A stretch of 64,000 bases of DNA. It comes from a virus. Where the stretch lies: positions 29,972 to 93,971 of IMG/VR virus record IMGVR_UViG_3300017527_000643. One strand, 5' to 3'. The position numbers were made by a program, and so were the translations under genes. Of this stretch, positions 20,904 to 29,981 are shown piece after piece. Every line of letters begins with the position of its first letter. Position 1 is the first letter of the stretch. The notes under the pieces are model-generated. The model saw nothing but the letters and a program-made list of their open reading frames with translations. It did not search any database and was not told the origin of the DNA.

Positions 20904-23900
20904 ATGCAAAGAACAGAATACTGGAACCAGACTCGCCCAACTGATACGCAGTTAAATTGGACTGAAACGTCCAAAACATCCGCAATTAATCAGCGATTGC
21001 GCTCATCTGCTCAGATGGGGATTGCGTGGGGATTTCAGGTAACTGTTAACTCTGTAGATAACACCAAAATTGACGTTGCCCGTGGTGAGGGCTATAGCGG
21101 TGGGGAATTCCTAATCAATGAATTCGAAACTGCAGGTTCGGGACAGCGCATTTCCACCTATACAGATACCCCTAGCGGTACTGATGATACCGGGCCTGCC
21201 GCTACCAGTCAAGGACTTGCAGATTATACTGCCGGGGTACTAAACTATGTATCTTTGGTTTATTCCGAAACTGAATCGCACCCATTGTCTGAAAGAAGCT
21301 ATCCTTTTACAAATCGGCAAACTGTTGTAACAGAGACGTTTACAGTTTCGGTGCTTACCGAAACTCAATGGAATGCTCTTGATGCAGAAGCATTGAACAA
21401 CCGGATACTCGTTGGGATCGTGACTGCACAGGGTGCAGGCACCCCGATTACTTCTGCAAATATTGAACAATTTGTCCAGCCGAAAACACTTCCTTCTTCC
21501 AGCCAGCCTTCTACAATTTCTGGTGTAACAATTGTTGGTATATCTGATGTTACGCCATTAGGAATTGGTACTCTGCGGTGGGAACCAAGTACTAGCAGTA
21601 TGTATTGGACTGCTCCAGGAGATACCGAAGGGACAGCGCTAACAATTAGCGATTCGGGCGTCTTTACCATATATTCTAACAACACGAATTATACACTAAG
21701 TCTAAATGTTGTGTGGGGGTCGTTGTCCTTAGTAGCTGCAGAAACGTCCGAAAATATTAGTATTAGATCTTTATACGGCAGAGAAATTCCTATGTTTAGC
21801 GCAACGGACCAAATCCATAGAGATATGGTGGGGTCTGGCCAACCAAGCACGACAAATCCGCACGCACTGACTTTAGCAGATATCGGAGGTGGAACACTCG
21901 ATCACGCAGATTTATTCCACGTAAATGGGATATCCAAAGATGCGGATAGTACGCAGCTTGAGTGCCAAATAGATGCGATTAATGACCGTATTCAAGTTAC
22001 GAGCTTAGGAGGATTTGAAAATAGTTTTTTGGTGGATGGTGTTACCCTTACAGAAGCTTCTGGATCAAATTATGTAAATTTTGATACGGCACCAGCCCCT
22101 GATTCGGGTGAATATTTGATCTATGTAGACAGCGCTGGCAATCTTGGAAAAGTCCAAATTGGTAATGCTTTTACTAATTTTACTAACTTAGATATATGGG
22201 ACATAAGTAACATTGTAGCTGGAACCGGAGAGATTGAATGGGATGCTACGAATGACAGAATTAGATATAAAGCTCCGGGGGATGCCGTCTGGGGTGATTG
22301 GGTTTATGTAGCAGATAGGGCACCTCCATTGACAGGTAATGGTGGTTTTTACAAAGTGTATTCTAGTACTACAGCTAATTGGATCATTCTTGAATTTTCT
22401 GGAATCATTGGTGCTTCAAATACTGAAACATTTACAGTTGTAAAGGATGAAACCAGTTATTCAGATGAATCCATGCTGAAGCTCTCCGTTGTACATTGGG
22501 ATCAGCCTACTGAGGTATTGTCCAATCTTCGTGACATTCGTAGATTTGTTACTGCAGATAACCGCACTGAGTTTGAAGAAGAACATGATGAAAATGGGCA
22601 CCATACAAAAACACTTAGAAATGGATTAGACATATACAATAGAGAAGCTAATACGTTGCTAGATGTTTATGGCGAAAGTGTTGTTGTGCGTGGAAGAGCC
22701 GTTAGCCATACGGCTGGGTATTTCTCTGCAGAAAGCACTATGGGGTTGGAAGCCCACGCAAGTGATAGCCTTGGAGCAAAAATCCACGCACCGAATTTTG
22801 GTTTGTATGCTAGCGCAGCTACTGAGACTGCTATCTATGCAACCGCCCCAAATACTGTTGTTACTGTTCTTGCAGGCACTGATACTGCAATTAGAGCATC
22901 TGCGGTGGGCAATATTGCTGGGGCTTTTATAGCTGATAATATTCGTGCAGTATACGGGTCTGCTGCGAATGAAGCATGCTATTTCTACGCTGAAACTGAC
23001 ACAGCTATTCGCGGAAATGCAAACGGTGATACAGCAATCATGGGAACTGCTGCTAATACAGCGGTCTTTGGACGAGCAGAAACACGCTACGCTGCCTATT
23101 TCTCAGCACCAAATACTGCTCTTTATGCTACTGCAGCTACGGAAGTCGCGGTAAGCGGGCTTGCTGATTCGAATGCAATTCGTGGGACAGCCGCAGATTC
23201 GTTTGGAGTGGCGGGTCTTGCTGGCGTAAAAGTTGCTGTATGGGGAAGTGCTCCTAATACAGCCGCTTCTTTTTTTGCTAATACCGCAACAGCAATTGAG
23301 GCAAACGCAGACAGGCTAGCTATTTATGCAACCGTTACAGATTCCCAAGGTATTTATGTAACAGCCCCTAATACAGCCGCTCAATTTACTGTAGAAACTA
23401 ATACGGCAGTGGATGCAGGTGCATTGGGCGAAACGGCTGTTCGCGCTGTCGCATCAGCTACTGCTATATGGGTATCAGCTACGAATGAGGGGATACGCGT
23501 TACAGCAGCAGGTGCCACTGCGATATATGCTACCGCAGGAGCCGCCTATGGTGTCGCAGCCCAAGCTAATCAACTTGCGGGCTGGTTTAATGCAAGCAGT
23601 GATTATTCAGGAAATGAGGTACTAGGTTTATATGGCGCAGCTACTAATGCAGCAGCAGGCCATGAGGAGTCTGCAATAGGTGTAAGTGGTTGGGTGGTGG
23701 GATCTTTAGCTACGGCAGTGCATGGGTCTGCTGCACATGCTTCCTATGGAACTGGCGTACTAGGGGAAGCCGGTTCTGGCAACATTGGGGTTGGTGCATA
23801 TGGTGTCTTTGGTAGCGCAGGAGTTGCTGGCATTGGTCTAGCAGGCGTTGCAGGAATTATGGGGGCATCCCTGTCCATAAGTGCCGCTAACGCTGTGGGG

Positions 23901-24068
23901 CTACGCATCGTTGCTGACACTGCTGTTAATGGAACAGGTATGCAAGTTTTTGCATCAAGCTTATTTGCAGAAATTTCTGCACCTACACAAGATGGTCACA
24001 CTGATTCAGCAGAGGAAATTAAAGTTACCTTTAATGGAGCAGCTAGGTGGATTAGGTTGTATACTTAG
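20904..24068 (+). CDS. Main tail fibre with Ala-rich 9-10 residue repeats
   Basis: Baseplate-anchor-like N-terminus, NPHALT motif, repeats such as TAIYATAPN, TAIRASAVGN, TAIMGTAAN. Confidence 0.7.
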   Translation: MQRTEYWNQTRPTDTQLNWTETSKTSAINQRLRSSAQMGIAWGFQVTVNSVDNTKIDVARGEGYSGGEFLINEFETAGSGQRISTYTDTPSGTDDTGPAATSQGLADYTAGVLNYVSLVYSETESHPLSERSYPFTNRQTVVTETFTVSVLTETQWNALDAEALNNRILVGIVTAQGAGTPITSANIEQFVQPKTLPSSSQPSTISGVTIVGISDVTPLGIGTLRWEPSTSSMYWTAPGDTEGTALTISDSGVFTIYSNNTNYTLSLNVVWGSLSLVAAETSENISIRSLYGREIPMFSATDQIHRDMVGSGQPSTTNPHALTLADIGGGTLDHADLFHVNGISKDADSTQLECQIDAINDRIQVTSLGGFENSFLVDGVTLTEASGSNYVNFDTAPAPDSGEYLIYVDSAGNLGKVQIGNAFTNFTNLDIWDISNIVAGTGEIEWDATNDRIRYKAPGDAVWGDWVYVADRAPPLTGNGGFYKVYSSTTANWIILEFSGIIGASNTETFTVVKDETSYSDESMLKLSVVHWDQPTEVLSNLRDIRRFVTADNRTEFEEEHDENGHHTKTLRNGLDIYNREANTLLDVYGESVVVRGRAVSHTAGYFSAESTMGLEAHASDSLGAKIHAPNFGLYASAATETAIYATAPNTVVTVLAGTDTAIRASAVGNIAGAFIADNIRAVYGSAANEACYFYAETDTAIRGNANGDTAIMGTAANTAVFGRAETRYAAYFSAPNTALYATAATEVAVSGLADSNAIRGTAADSFGVAGLAGVKVAVWGSAPNTAASFFANTATAIEANADRLAIYATVTDSQGIYVTAPNTAAQFTVETNTAVDAGALGETAVRAVASATAIWVSATNEGIRVTAAGATAIYATAGAAYGVAAQANQLAGWFNASSDYSGNEVLGLYGAATNAAAGHEESAIGVSGWVVGSLATAVHGSAAHASYGTGVLGEAGSGNIGVGAYGVFGSAGVAGIGLAGVAGIMGASLSISAANAVGLRIVADTAVNGTGMQVFASSLFAEISAPTQDGHTDSAEEIKVTFNGAARWIRLYT

Positions 24069-24364
24069 TAAACGCAATCGTTGTTTGCGATTTTCTCGTT
24101 TACTTCCATTAGTTTTTCAGTGCAGTTGTGCGGTGTCCACCCTTCATACCAGGAATTTTGAACACAGTCCATCGGCTCTTCAACAAAATCTCCGCATTGC
24201 TCCTTGAGATCTGCAAGCGCGTGGCAGTACTCGTAGCATTCCGCATACATTATCTTGAAAAAATCTTCTGTTGTCATTTCGTCCAGTGAGCACTCACATG
24301 TCGGGTCTGCCCCGCAGCCCCCAAGTAGAAATCCTAATGCTGCAATTACTGTAACCATTTTCAT
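24065..24364 (-). CDS. Cys-rich lipoprotein
   Basis: Start re-assigned to the ATG after GAAAGGAGAAC; MKMVTVIAALGFLLGGC lipobox; several further Cys. Confidence 0.65.
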   Translation of the reverse strand: MKMVTVIAALGFLLGGCGADPTCECSLDEMTTEDFFKIMYAECYEYCHALADLKEQCGDFVEEPMDCVQNSWYEGWTPHNCTEKLMEVNEKIANNDCVY

Positions 24365-24385
24365 TTCGTTCTCCTTTCTAAACTC

Positions 24386-24414
24386 AATATCAGGTCGAAG
24401 TTTAGTTTTGTAAA
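24386..24414 (-). promoter_or_regulatory. Early-type promoter TTTACA-17-GATATT
   Basis: Minus strand reads TTTACA aaactaaacttcgacct GATATT, the same spacer family as the 28706 promoter. Confidence 0.7.
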
Positions 24415-24488
24415 GTAATTTTTTATGAGAAATCACTAGACCTTTTGGTAATGATGAGTATAATGTCTCCAGGAACATAGGAGATTCC

Positions 24489-26411
24489 ATGGGCAAACCC
24501 CGAATCCAAGAACTCGAAAAAATCCTTACAAATGCGCAGGATGAGTACTACAACGGCACCTCCATCATGGGAGATGACGAGTACGATGCCCTGGCAGATG
24601 AGCTTGCTGATTTGGACCCTAAGAATAAGGTTCTGAAGCGGGTAGGAGCCTCTGTTTCTGATGATGCCAAGCTCCAGAAAGCTAAACATGCGATTCCAAT
24701 GGGATCGCAGAAGAAAGTAAATGAAGAAGCTGAATTTCGTAGCTGGGTAAAAAAGACAGGTGCAAAAACGCTAGTTTGCCAAGAAAAGCTGGACGGCTTA
24801 TCAATTGATTTGGTATACAAGAAGTCAAAATTAGTTCAGGCAATTACACGCGGAGACGGCGAAACAGGAGAAGACATCACACATAATGTTGTTCATATGG
24901 ATAACGTGCTTCACAGGCTTCCCAAATTTAGTGGCAGTATCCGTGGTGAAATTGTCCTTCCGAAGAGCAGGTTCGAAAAGCATTTTGCAAATGAAGGTTA
25001 CGCAAACCCAAGAAATGCTGCTTCAGGACTTTCAAGGCGTAAAACGGTAAATAAGAAGACACTCCAACATATCAAGATCATTTCCTTTGACTGTACCCAC
25101 TCCAAAATTGACTTCAAGAAAGAACACCACAAAATACGCTTTTTGGAAGGTATGGGCGTTGATTGCGTTTTCACTAAAGTAGTAGATCTGACAAATGCCA
25201 TCAAGGGCTACAATCTATATCAAAAAACCAAGCGTGAAAAGCTCGATCATGAAATCGATGGTATGGTTTTCAAAGTCAACGATGTAGCAGCACAGGAAGC
25301 GCTTGGAGAGACGGACGGAAGACCCAAGGGACAGGTTGCCTGGAAGTTTGCTGCAGAGATGCGTAAAACTATACTGGAGGATGTTTCCTGGGAGGTTGGC
25401 CTTACCGGTAGAATCACTCCTGTAGCGATTTTGAAGCCCGTGGGCGTAGGTGGCGTTACTATCAAACGTGCCAGTCTCCATAACGTGAGCAACATGGAAC
25501 GCCTGGGTGTTTACCCAATGGCAGACGTTTTGGTGAGTCGTCGTAACGACGTTATTCCCTACGTAGAGAAGGTTATTGCGAAAGGCAAATCAAAACAACC
25601 AGGGAAATTCAAGGTTCCTTCAGACTGCCCTGTTTGTGGCGAAGATACAGAATTTGAAGGCGAATATTTGATGTGTTCCAGCAAGGATTGCCCAGCGAAG
25701 AAAGAGGGCGATATTAAGAAGTGGGTAAAGAAGCTCGATATAGATGAAGTCGGAGAATCTTTTATCCGTGCCGCAATCAAGGCAGGTTTCATTGAAGACC
25801 CGGCTGACTTGTATACCTTATCTGCCGATACGGTTGCTACGCTGGACGGCTATCAAAGCAAGAGTGCGAAAACCATCGTGCGCAATATCAATAAGACAAG
25901 AGAATTGCCTCTCAAGAAATTTATGGGAGCATTGAACATTCCCAATGTAGGAACTACCACATTTGCAGCATTGGAAAAGGGTGGCTTTGATACTATTAGA
26001 AGTTTACAAGTAGCAACTTGGGGTGAATTTGCAAAAGTGGATGGAGTGGGAGATACCACGGCTTTGGCTATTTATAACGGGCTAATCGATAAAGAAAAAT
26101 TGATCGAAAAGCTTTTGAAAAACGGTGTGTCAGTAAAAAAGAAGATCGTAGGCAAACTTAGCGGAAAATCATTTTGCTTCACTGGTCAGATTTCAATCAA
26201 ACGTGGCGATGCAATGAAGCTCGTGGAATCCATGGGCGGTGAAATCAAAAGCAGTGTGGGGAAAGGGTTGACCTACTTGGTTCAAGCCAATAAGACTTCT
26301 GCATCAGGCAAATCCCAAAAAGCAAAAAAGTATGGCACTGAAATTCTCGGTGAAAAAGAATTCTTCAAGCTTGTAGACTTTTCATTCAAACGCCTTCAAT
26401 CACTTAGCTAA
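24489..26411 (+). CDS. ligA: NAD-dependent DNA ligase
   Basis: EKLDG adenylation motif, TRGDGETGEDIT, NPRNAASG, DGMVFKV, CPVC zinc finger, HhH repeats, C-terminal BRCT. Confidence 0.97.
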   Translation: MGKPRIQELEKILTNAQDEYYNGTSIMGDDEYDALADELADLDPKNKVLKRVGASVSDDAKLQKAKHAIPMGSQKKVNEEAEFRSWVKKTGAKTLVCQEKLDGLSIDLVYKKSKLVQAITRGDGETGEDITHNVVHMDNVLHRLPKFSGSIRGEIVLPKSRFEKHFANEGYANPRNAASGLSRRKTVNKKTLQHIKIISFDCTHSKIDFKKEHHKIRFLEGMGVDCVFTKVVDLTNAIKGYNLYQKTKREKLDHEIDGMVFKVNDVAAQEALGETDGRPKGQVAWKFAAEMRKTILEDVSWEVGLTGRITPVAILKPVGVGGVTIKRASLHNVSNMERLGVYPMADVLVSRRNDVIPYVEKVIAKGKSKQPGKFKVPSDCPVCGEDTEFEGEYLMCSSKDCPAKKEGDIKKWVKKLDIDEVGESFIRAAIKAGFIEDPADLYTLSADTVATLDGYQSKSAKTIVRNINKTRELPLKKFMGALNIPNVGTTTFAALEKGGFDTIRSLQVATWGEFAKVDGVGDTTALAIYNGLIDKEKLIEKLLKNGVSVKKKIVGKLSGKSFCFTGQISIKRGDAMKLVESMGGEIKSSVGKGLTYLVQANKTSASGKSQKAKKYGTEILGEKEFFKLVDFSFKRLQSLS

Positions 26412-26443
26412 CTGCCGCTCTTACGGCACGTCGGGAGGAAATT

Positions 26444-26779
26444 ATGGAATCAGTATACATTGTAAGTACTGGTACGGGTTTTTTGTATGTTATTCAGGGG
26501 ATTTTTACCACTAGAGAACTCGCAAACAAGTTCTCAGAAGCGTTTGAGGATGCAGTTGTTAATGAGGAGTGCCTATATACGGAATTTCCCAAATTATATA
26601 GATATGAATGCACCATAGATCTGGAAACTGGCAACCTGATCGAAGTGAAAGAGTGCAAACCTTCCGTAAGTCCCATGCTGCTAACTATCGATGGTAAAAC
26701 GCTTTATTCGGTTGGCGAAACTAAGGCCGAGGCGCAGTACAATGCAGAATCTTACCTCAAGAAATTGCGCAAAGAATAA
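26444..26779 (+). CDS. Hypothetical protein
   Basis: GGGAGG RBS; IQGIFTTRELA motif common in small phage proteins. Confidence 0.6.
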   Translation: MESVYIVSTGTGFLYVIQGIFTTRELANKFSEAFEDAVVNEECLYTEFPKLYRYECTIDLETGNLIEVKECKPSVSPMLLTIDGKTLYSVGETKAEAQYNAESYLKKLRKE

Positions 26780-26941
26780 AGTGATTGATTAACAAAGAAA
26801 TAAACAAGTCCTTCCCTGATTTAGCTACCTATTCCTATCAATTGACTCAAAAATCAATTTAGTAGCTGTTTGTAACTTCCAAAAATCACTTTATTTTATT
26901 ACTAAATATTTTTTATTATCTGCTAGTTTAGCCTTTAGCGC

Positions 26942-26970
26942 TTGACAAGCTACCATTGCGACCCTATATT
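26942..26970 (+). promoter_or_regulatory. Early-type promoter TTGACA-17-TATATT
   Basis: TTGACA agctaccattgcgaccc TATATT after an AT-rich intergenic tract. Confidence 0.8.
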
Positions 26971-27016
26971 AGTAATGCGCAAAGGAAAGCGCAACTTATT
27001 AGAAGGGAGAACTAAT

Positions 27017-27916
27017 ATGACGGGCGTAAGCGGACTTTCGGTAATCGGGTACTTCGTGTGGTGGACGGTTAGCAACCAGAAGATTCGTAGGGATGACATG
27101 CAGAAGCTGATCGACGCAGCAGGTGTGAAGGACAATCAGGGGAAGCCGTTCAAGGTTCCTGAAGTGAAGGCGCGGTCTGCCTTCCTGAAGGCTGTCCGTG
27201 AGATTCGCGGGCAGAGCAAGAACAAGGGCATCCTGATTCGCAAGATCAAGAAGGAATCAGAGGAATACCTTTTTGGGCTGGTTGATGAGGATGTGAACAA
27301 GCATGCACAAGAACTGAACTACTCGCACAGCGCCACCATGAAGTTCGATCCTATCCACGGTAATTTGAGTGTGGACCAGCCGCATCGAGGGTTCGATCTG
27401 GTCAAGGAACGGTACGCAGAGTACAAGGATTTCATGAACAGCGATGATGTTCGGGAGATCGTCCTTACCATTCTGAATCAGATTCCCACTGTCAGTGTTC
27501 GTCAGCGCGGCGGCATCTACTTTGTGCCTGAGAAGTTCTCAGCCGAAGTGGAATGCCTGGAATCGCTGGTAGGCTCGCTGCCAGGTGGCGGGGAAGTTGA
27601 TTTAGCTACGGTGGGCACCGGCTCCGCAAACGGCAGTTACCTGGCGGTCGCTCCCCAGATCGATACTGAGAAGTCCAAGAAAGCCATCTACAAGGCATTT
27701 GTCGCTAGCTTGAAGTCCCGTATGCAGAGCTTCGAAAGTGACCTGGAAGAGAACGGTATCACCCAGACACACGCCCTCAAGACCCGTCTCCAGGAATTCA
27801 AGGACATGAAGGCTGAGATCGGATTCTACCGGGATGCGCTCGAATTCCAGGTGGAAGATCTTACTGAAGGCTTGGATGCACTGACCAAGAAGGTGCAGAA
27901 GAAGTTGATGGAATAA
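27017..27916 (+). CDS. DUF6744-like protein
   Basis: Start re-assigned after GAAGGGAGAAC; GYFVWWTV...AFLKAVR...VRQRGGIYFVP resembles the family as I recall it. Confidence 0.55.
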   Translation: MTGVSGLSVIGYFVWWTVSNQKIRRDDMQKLIDAAGVKDNQGKPFKVPEVKARSAFLKAVREIRGQSKNKGILIRKIKKESEEYLFGLVDEDVNKHAQELNYSHSATMKFDPIHGNLSVDQPHRGFDLVKERYAEYKDFMNSDDVREIVLTILNQIPTVSVRQRGGIYFVPEKFSAEVECLESLVGSLPGGGEVDLATVGTGSANGSYLAVAPQIDTEKSKKAIYKAFVASLKSRMQSFESDLEENGITQTHALKTRLQEFKDMKAEIGFYRDALEFQVEDLTEGLDALTKKVQKKLME

Positions 27917-27922
27917 TGATTG

Positions 27923-27945
27923 GGAGGGCTTAGCCCTCCTTTTTG
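27923..27945 (+). terminator. Rho-independent terminator
   Basis: GGAGGGC-TTA-GCCCTCC followed by a T-run. Confidence 0.85.
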
Positions 27946-27975
27946 TTTCTGCAGTATAATGAAAGGAGAAGTCTG

Positions 27976-28341
27976 ATGAAGAAGAAATTGACGAAGGTAA
28001 AAGAAGCCAGAAAGCGACTAGGACTTACACTGCGGGATTTGGAGGAAAAGGTTGGAGTTTCCAGGCAAGCACTGTCAGCATACGAGCGTGGAGATTACCC
28101 CCCGCGTGAGGAAGTTTGGAAGAAGCTGAAGAAAGTTCTCAAGCTGAAAGGCAAAGTGGAAGAATATTGGGGCAGAGTTGCACATACCGGTAAAGCGAGA
28201 CTGTACCATGAAGGTTCGGAATGCTACATTAAGGGTTGCCACATTCAGCCAATTAGCCAGGGGTTGTGCCGCAAGCACTACCAGCGCATTCGTTATCATA
28301 GGATAACCCATGGCATTGCCCCAGAAATTAGCGAAGCTTGA
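27976..28341 (+). CDS. XRE-family HTH regulator with C-terminal Cys/His zinc-finger-like module
   Basis: RKRLGLTLRDLEEKVGVSRQALSAYERG; C-terminal CYIKGC...GLCRKHY; TATAAT and GAAAGGAG upstream. Confidence 0.85.
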   Translation: MKKKLTKVKEARKRLGLTLRDLEEKVGVSRQALSAYERGDYPPREEVWKKLKKVLKLKGKVEEYWGRVAHTGKARLYHEGSECYIKGCHIQPISQGLCRKHYQRIRYHRITHGIAPEISEA

Positions 28342-28687
28342 AAGGCTGGCAAACAAACTAGGATATATAATAGTTCCTGGTAAAGAAAACGCCCTCCTGC
28401 CTGAAACAAAGACGATCACTGTAAACACGCGCCAATCTCCTATAAAACGCGCTTGGAATACCGCGCATGAAATAGGGCACGCAATTACGTTGACTCGTTG
28501 TGTGAACGAGATTGGTAAACGGGCACTTAGCGGTGCGTCCTACGAGTGGCCCACACTAGAGGCAGAATTTCGTGCGTGGCGCGAAGCAGATAAACTCATG
28601 AGAAAACTAAAGTTATACAATGACGCCTACCTTAAGTATAAGCATTCCTGCATAAGATCCTATTATTGCTCATCAAATAAAAAATAA
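28310..28687 (+). CDS. ImmA/IrrE-like HExxH metallopeptidase
   Basis: TITVN...AWNTAHEIGHA...EAEFRAW; overlaps the HTH gene. Confidence 0.7.
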   Translation: MALPQKLAKLERLANKLGYIIVPGKENALLPETKTITVNTRQSPIKRAWNTAHEIGHAITLTRCVNEIGKRALSGASYEWPTLEAEFRAWREADKLMRKLKLYNDAYLKYKHSCIRSYYCSSNKK

Positions 28688-28705
28688 ACTTTGTAAAAAT
28701 TCCGG

Positions 28706-28734
28706 TTGACAAGCTAAACTTCCGACCCTATATT
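28706..28734 (+). promoter_or_regulatory. Early-type promoter TTGACA-17-TATATT
   Basis: TTGACA agctaaacttccgaccc TATATT. Confidence 0.8.
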
Positions 28735-28779
28735 AGAGGTGTCAGCGGGAAAGCTAATATAACCGCAGGGAGAACAAAT

Positions 28780-29925
28780 ATGAAAGCTCTGGAGAAAGTC
28801 AAGAAGTTGCAGGAAGAACTGGATGCCAATATCGTAGAGCGGTCTACCGAGATCGAAGGTTCCCTGGCGGCACTGATTGCGAAGGTGCACGTCCTTTTCC
28901 TGGGGCCTCCCGGAACCGCCAAGTCCCTGTTGGCTGAGAACATCTGCAAGGCGCTTATCGGCGGAAAGTTCTTCCGCTGGCTCATGACCAAGTATACGAC
29001 GCCTGAAGAGTTGTTTGGTCCACCCTCCCTGAAGGGGCTGGAGAACGACGAGTACCGGCGTATCACCAAGAACAAGCTCCCGGAAGCTATTATTGCTTTC
29101 CTGGACGAGATCTTCAAGGCCAATTCAGCCATTCTGAACAGTTTGCTGACGGCTATCAATGAGCGCAAGTTTGACAACAACGGCGACAATGGTCCGATGG
29201 ATATTCCCCTCCTGTCCTGCTTCGGTGCCTCCAATGAGTTGCCGCAGGGCGAAGAACTTGGCGCACTCTATGATAGATTCCTGATGCGCTATTGGGTCAA
29301 GGAAATCCAGGACGATACTAACTTCTGCAACTTGCTTGCTGGCAATATCGGGAACAACGACCCTAGCGTGGAGCTTACCATCGAAGAGATCGATGAATTG
29401 AACAAGCTGGCGGCAGAAGTAACCCTCACGCAGGACATGCTTACCAACATGCGGAAGGTCCAGGCCGATCTGAAGATCAAGGGCGTCACCGCAAGTGACC
29501 GTCGCTGGAAGAGCGCTGTAGGCGTTCTGAAGGCACTTGCGCTGCTGCGCGGGCAGGATGAGGTTACCGGAGAAGAACTGGAAGCGCTGGCAGACATGAT
29601 GTGGCAGAAGCCTGAAGACCGCAGGACCATCCTGGAAGTCGTGAGCCAGTACGGCAACCCTCTGAACCTGAAGGCTATCGAATACCTGGATATGGGCAAG
29701 GAAGTTTACGACAAGTGGGCGCAGGCAGACAAGGATGCCCAGGAAATGGCAGCAATTCAGGCGAACAAGCAGATCAAGGAAATCCTCAAGAGCATCAAGG
29801 CTGACATCCACGGGCGCTCGGACTCCGAAACCCGGAAGCTGCGGGAAACCCAGAAGACCCTGAAGCGCCACCTCAAGACCCTCACCATGAAGATGATGGA
29901 TCTGGATGATTCGGACAGCTTCTAA
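28780..29925 (+). CDS. MoxR/RavA-like AAA+ ATPase
   Basis: GPPGTAKS Walker A, FLDEIFKA Walker B, ASNELP, ALYDRF, SDRRW. Confidence 0.92.
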   Translation: MKALEKVKKLQEELDANIVERSTEIEGSLAALIAKVHVLFLGPPGTAKSLLAENICKALIGGKFFRWLMTKYTTPEELFGPPSLKGLENDEYRRITKNKLPEAIIAFLDEIFKANSAILNSLLTAINERKFDNNGDNGPMDIPLLSCFGASNELPQGEELGALYDRFLMRYWVKEIQDDTNFCNLLAGNIGNNDPSVELTIEEIDELNKLAAEVTLTQDMLTNMRKVQADLKIKGVTASDRRWKSAVGVLKALALLRGQDEVTGEELEALADMMWQKPEDRRTILEVVSQYGNPLNLKAIEYLDMGKEVYDKWAQADKDAQEMAAIQANKQIKEILKSIKADIHGRSDSETRKLRETQKTLKRHLKTLTMKMMDLDDSDSF

Positions 29926-29933
29926 AGATTCAC

Positions 29934-29962
29934 TTGACAAGCTTCCCTCCCGACCTTATATT
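29934..29962 (+). promoter_or_regulatory. Early-type promoter TTGACA-17-TATATT
   Basis: TTGACA agcttccctcccgacct TATATT, 9 nt after the AAA stop codon. Confidence 0.8.
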
Positions 29963-29981
29963 GTCTCTAGCGGAGGAAATA

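Noticed and set aside
29125-29940. 271-aa antisense ORF (also 29997-30425 and 31116-31874)
   Set aside because: Shadow ORFs opposite well-supported genes, largely explained by GC-rich codon bias; no RBS or motifs.
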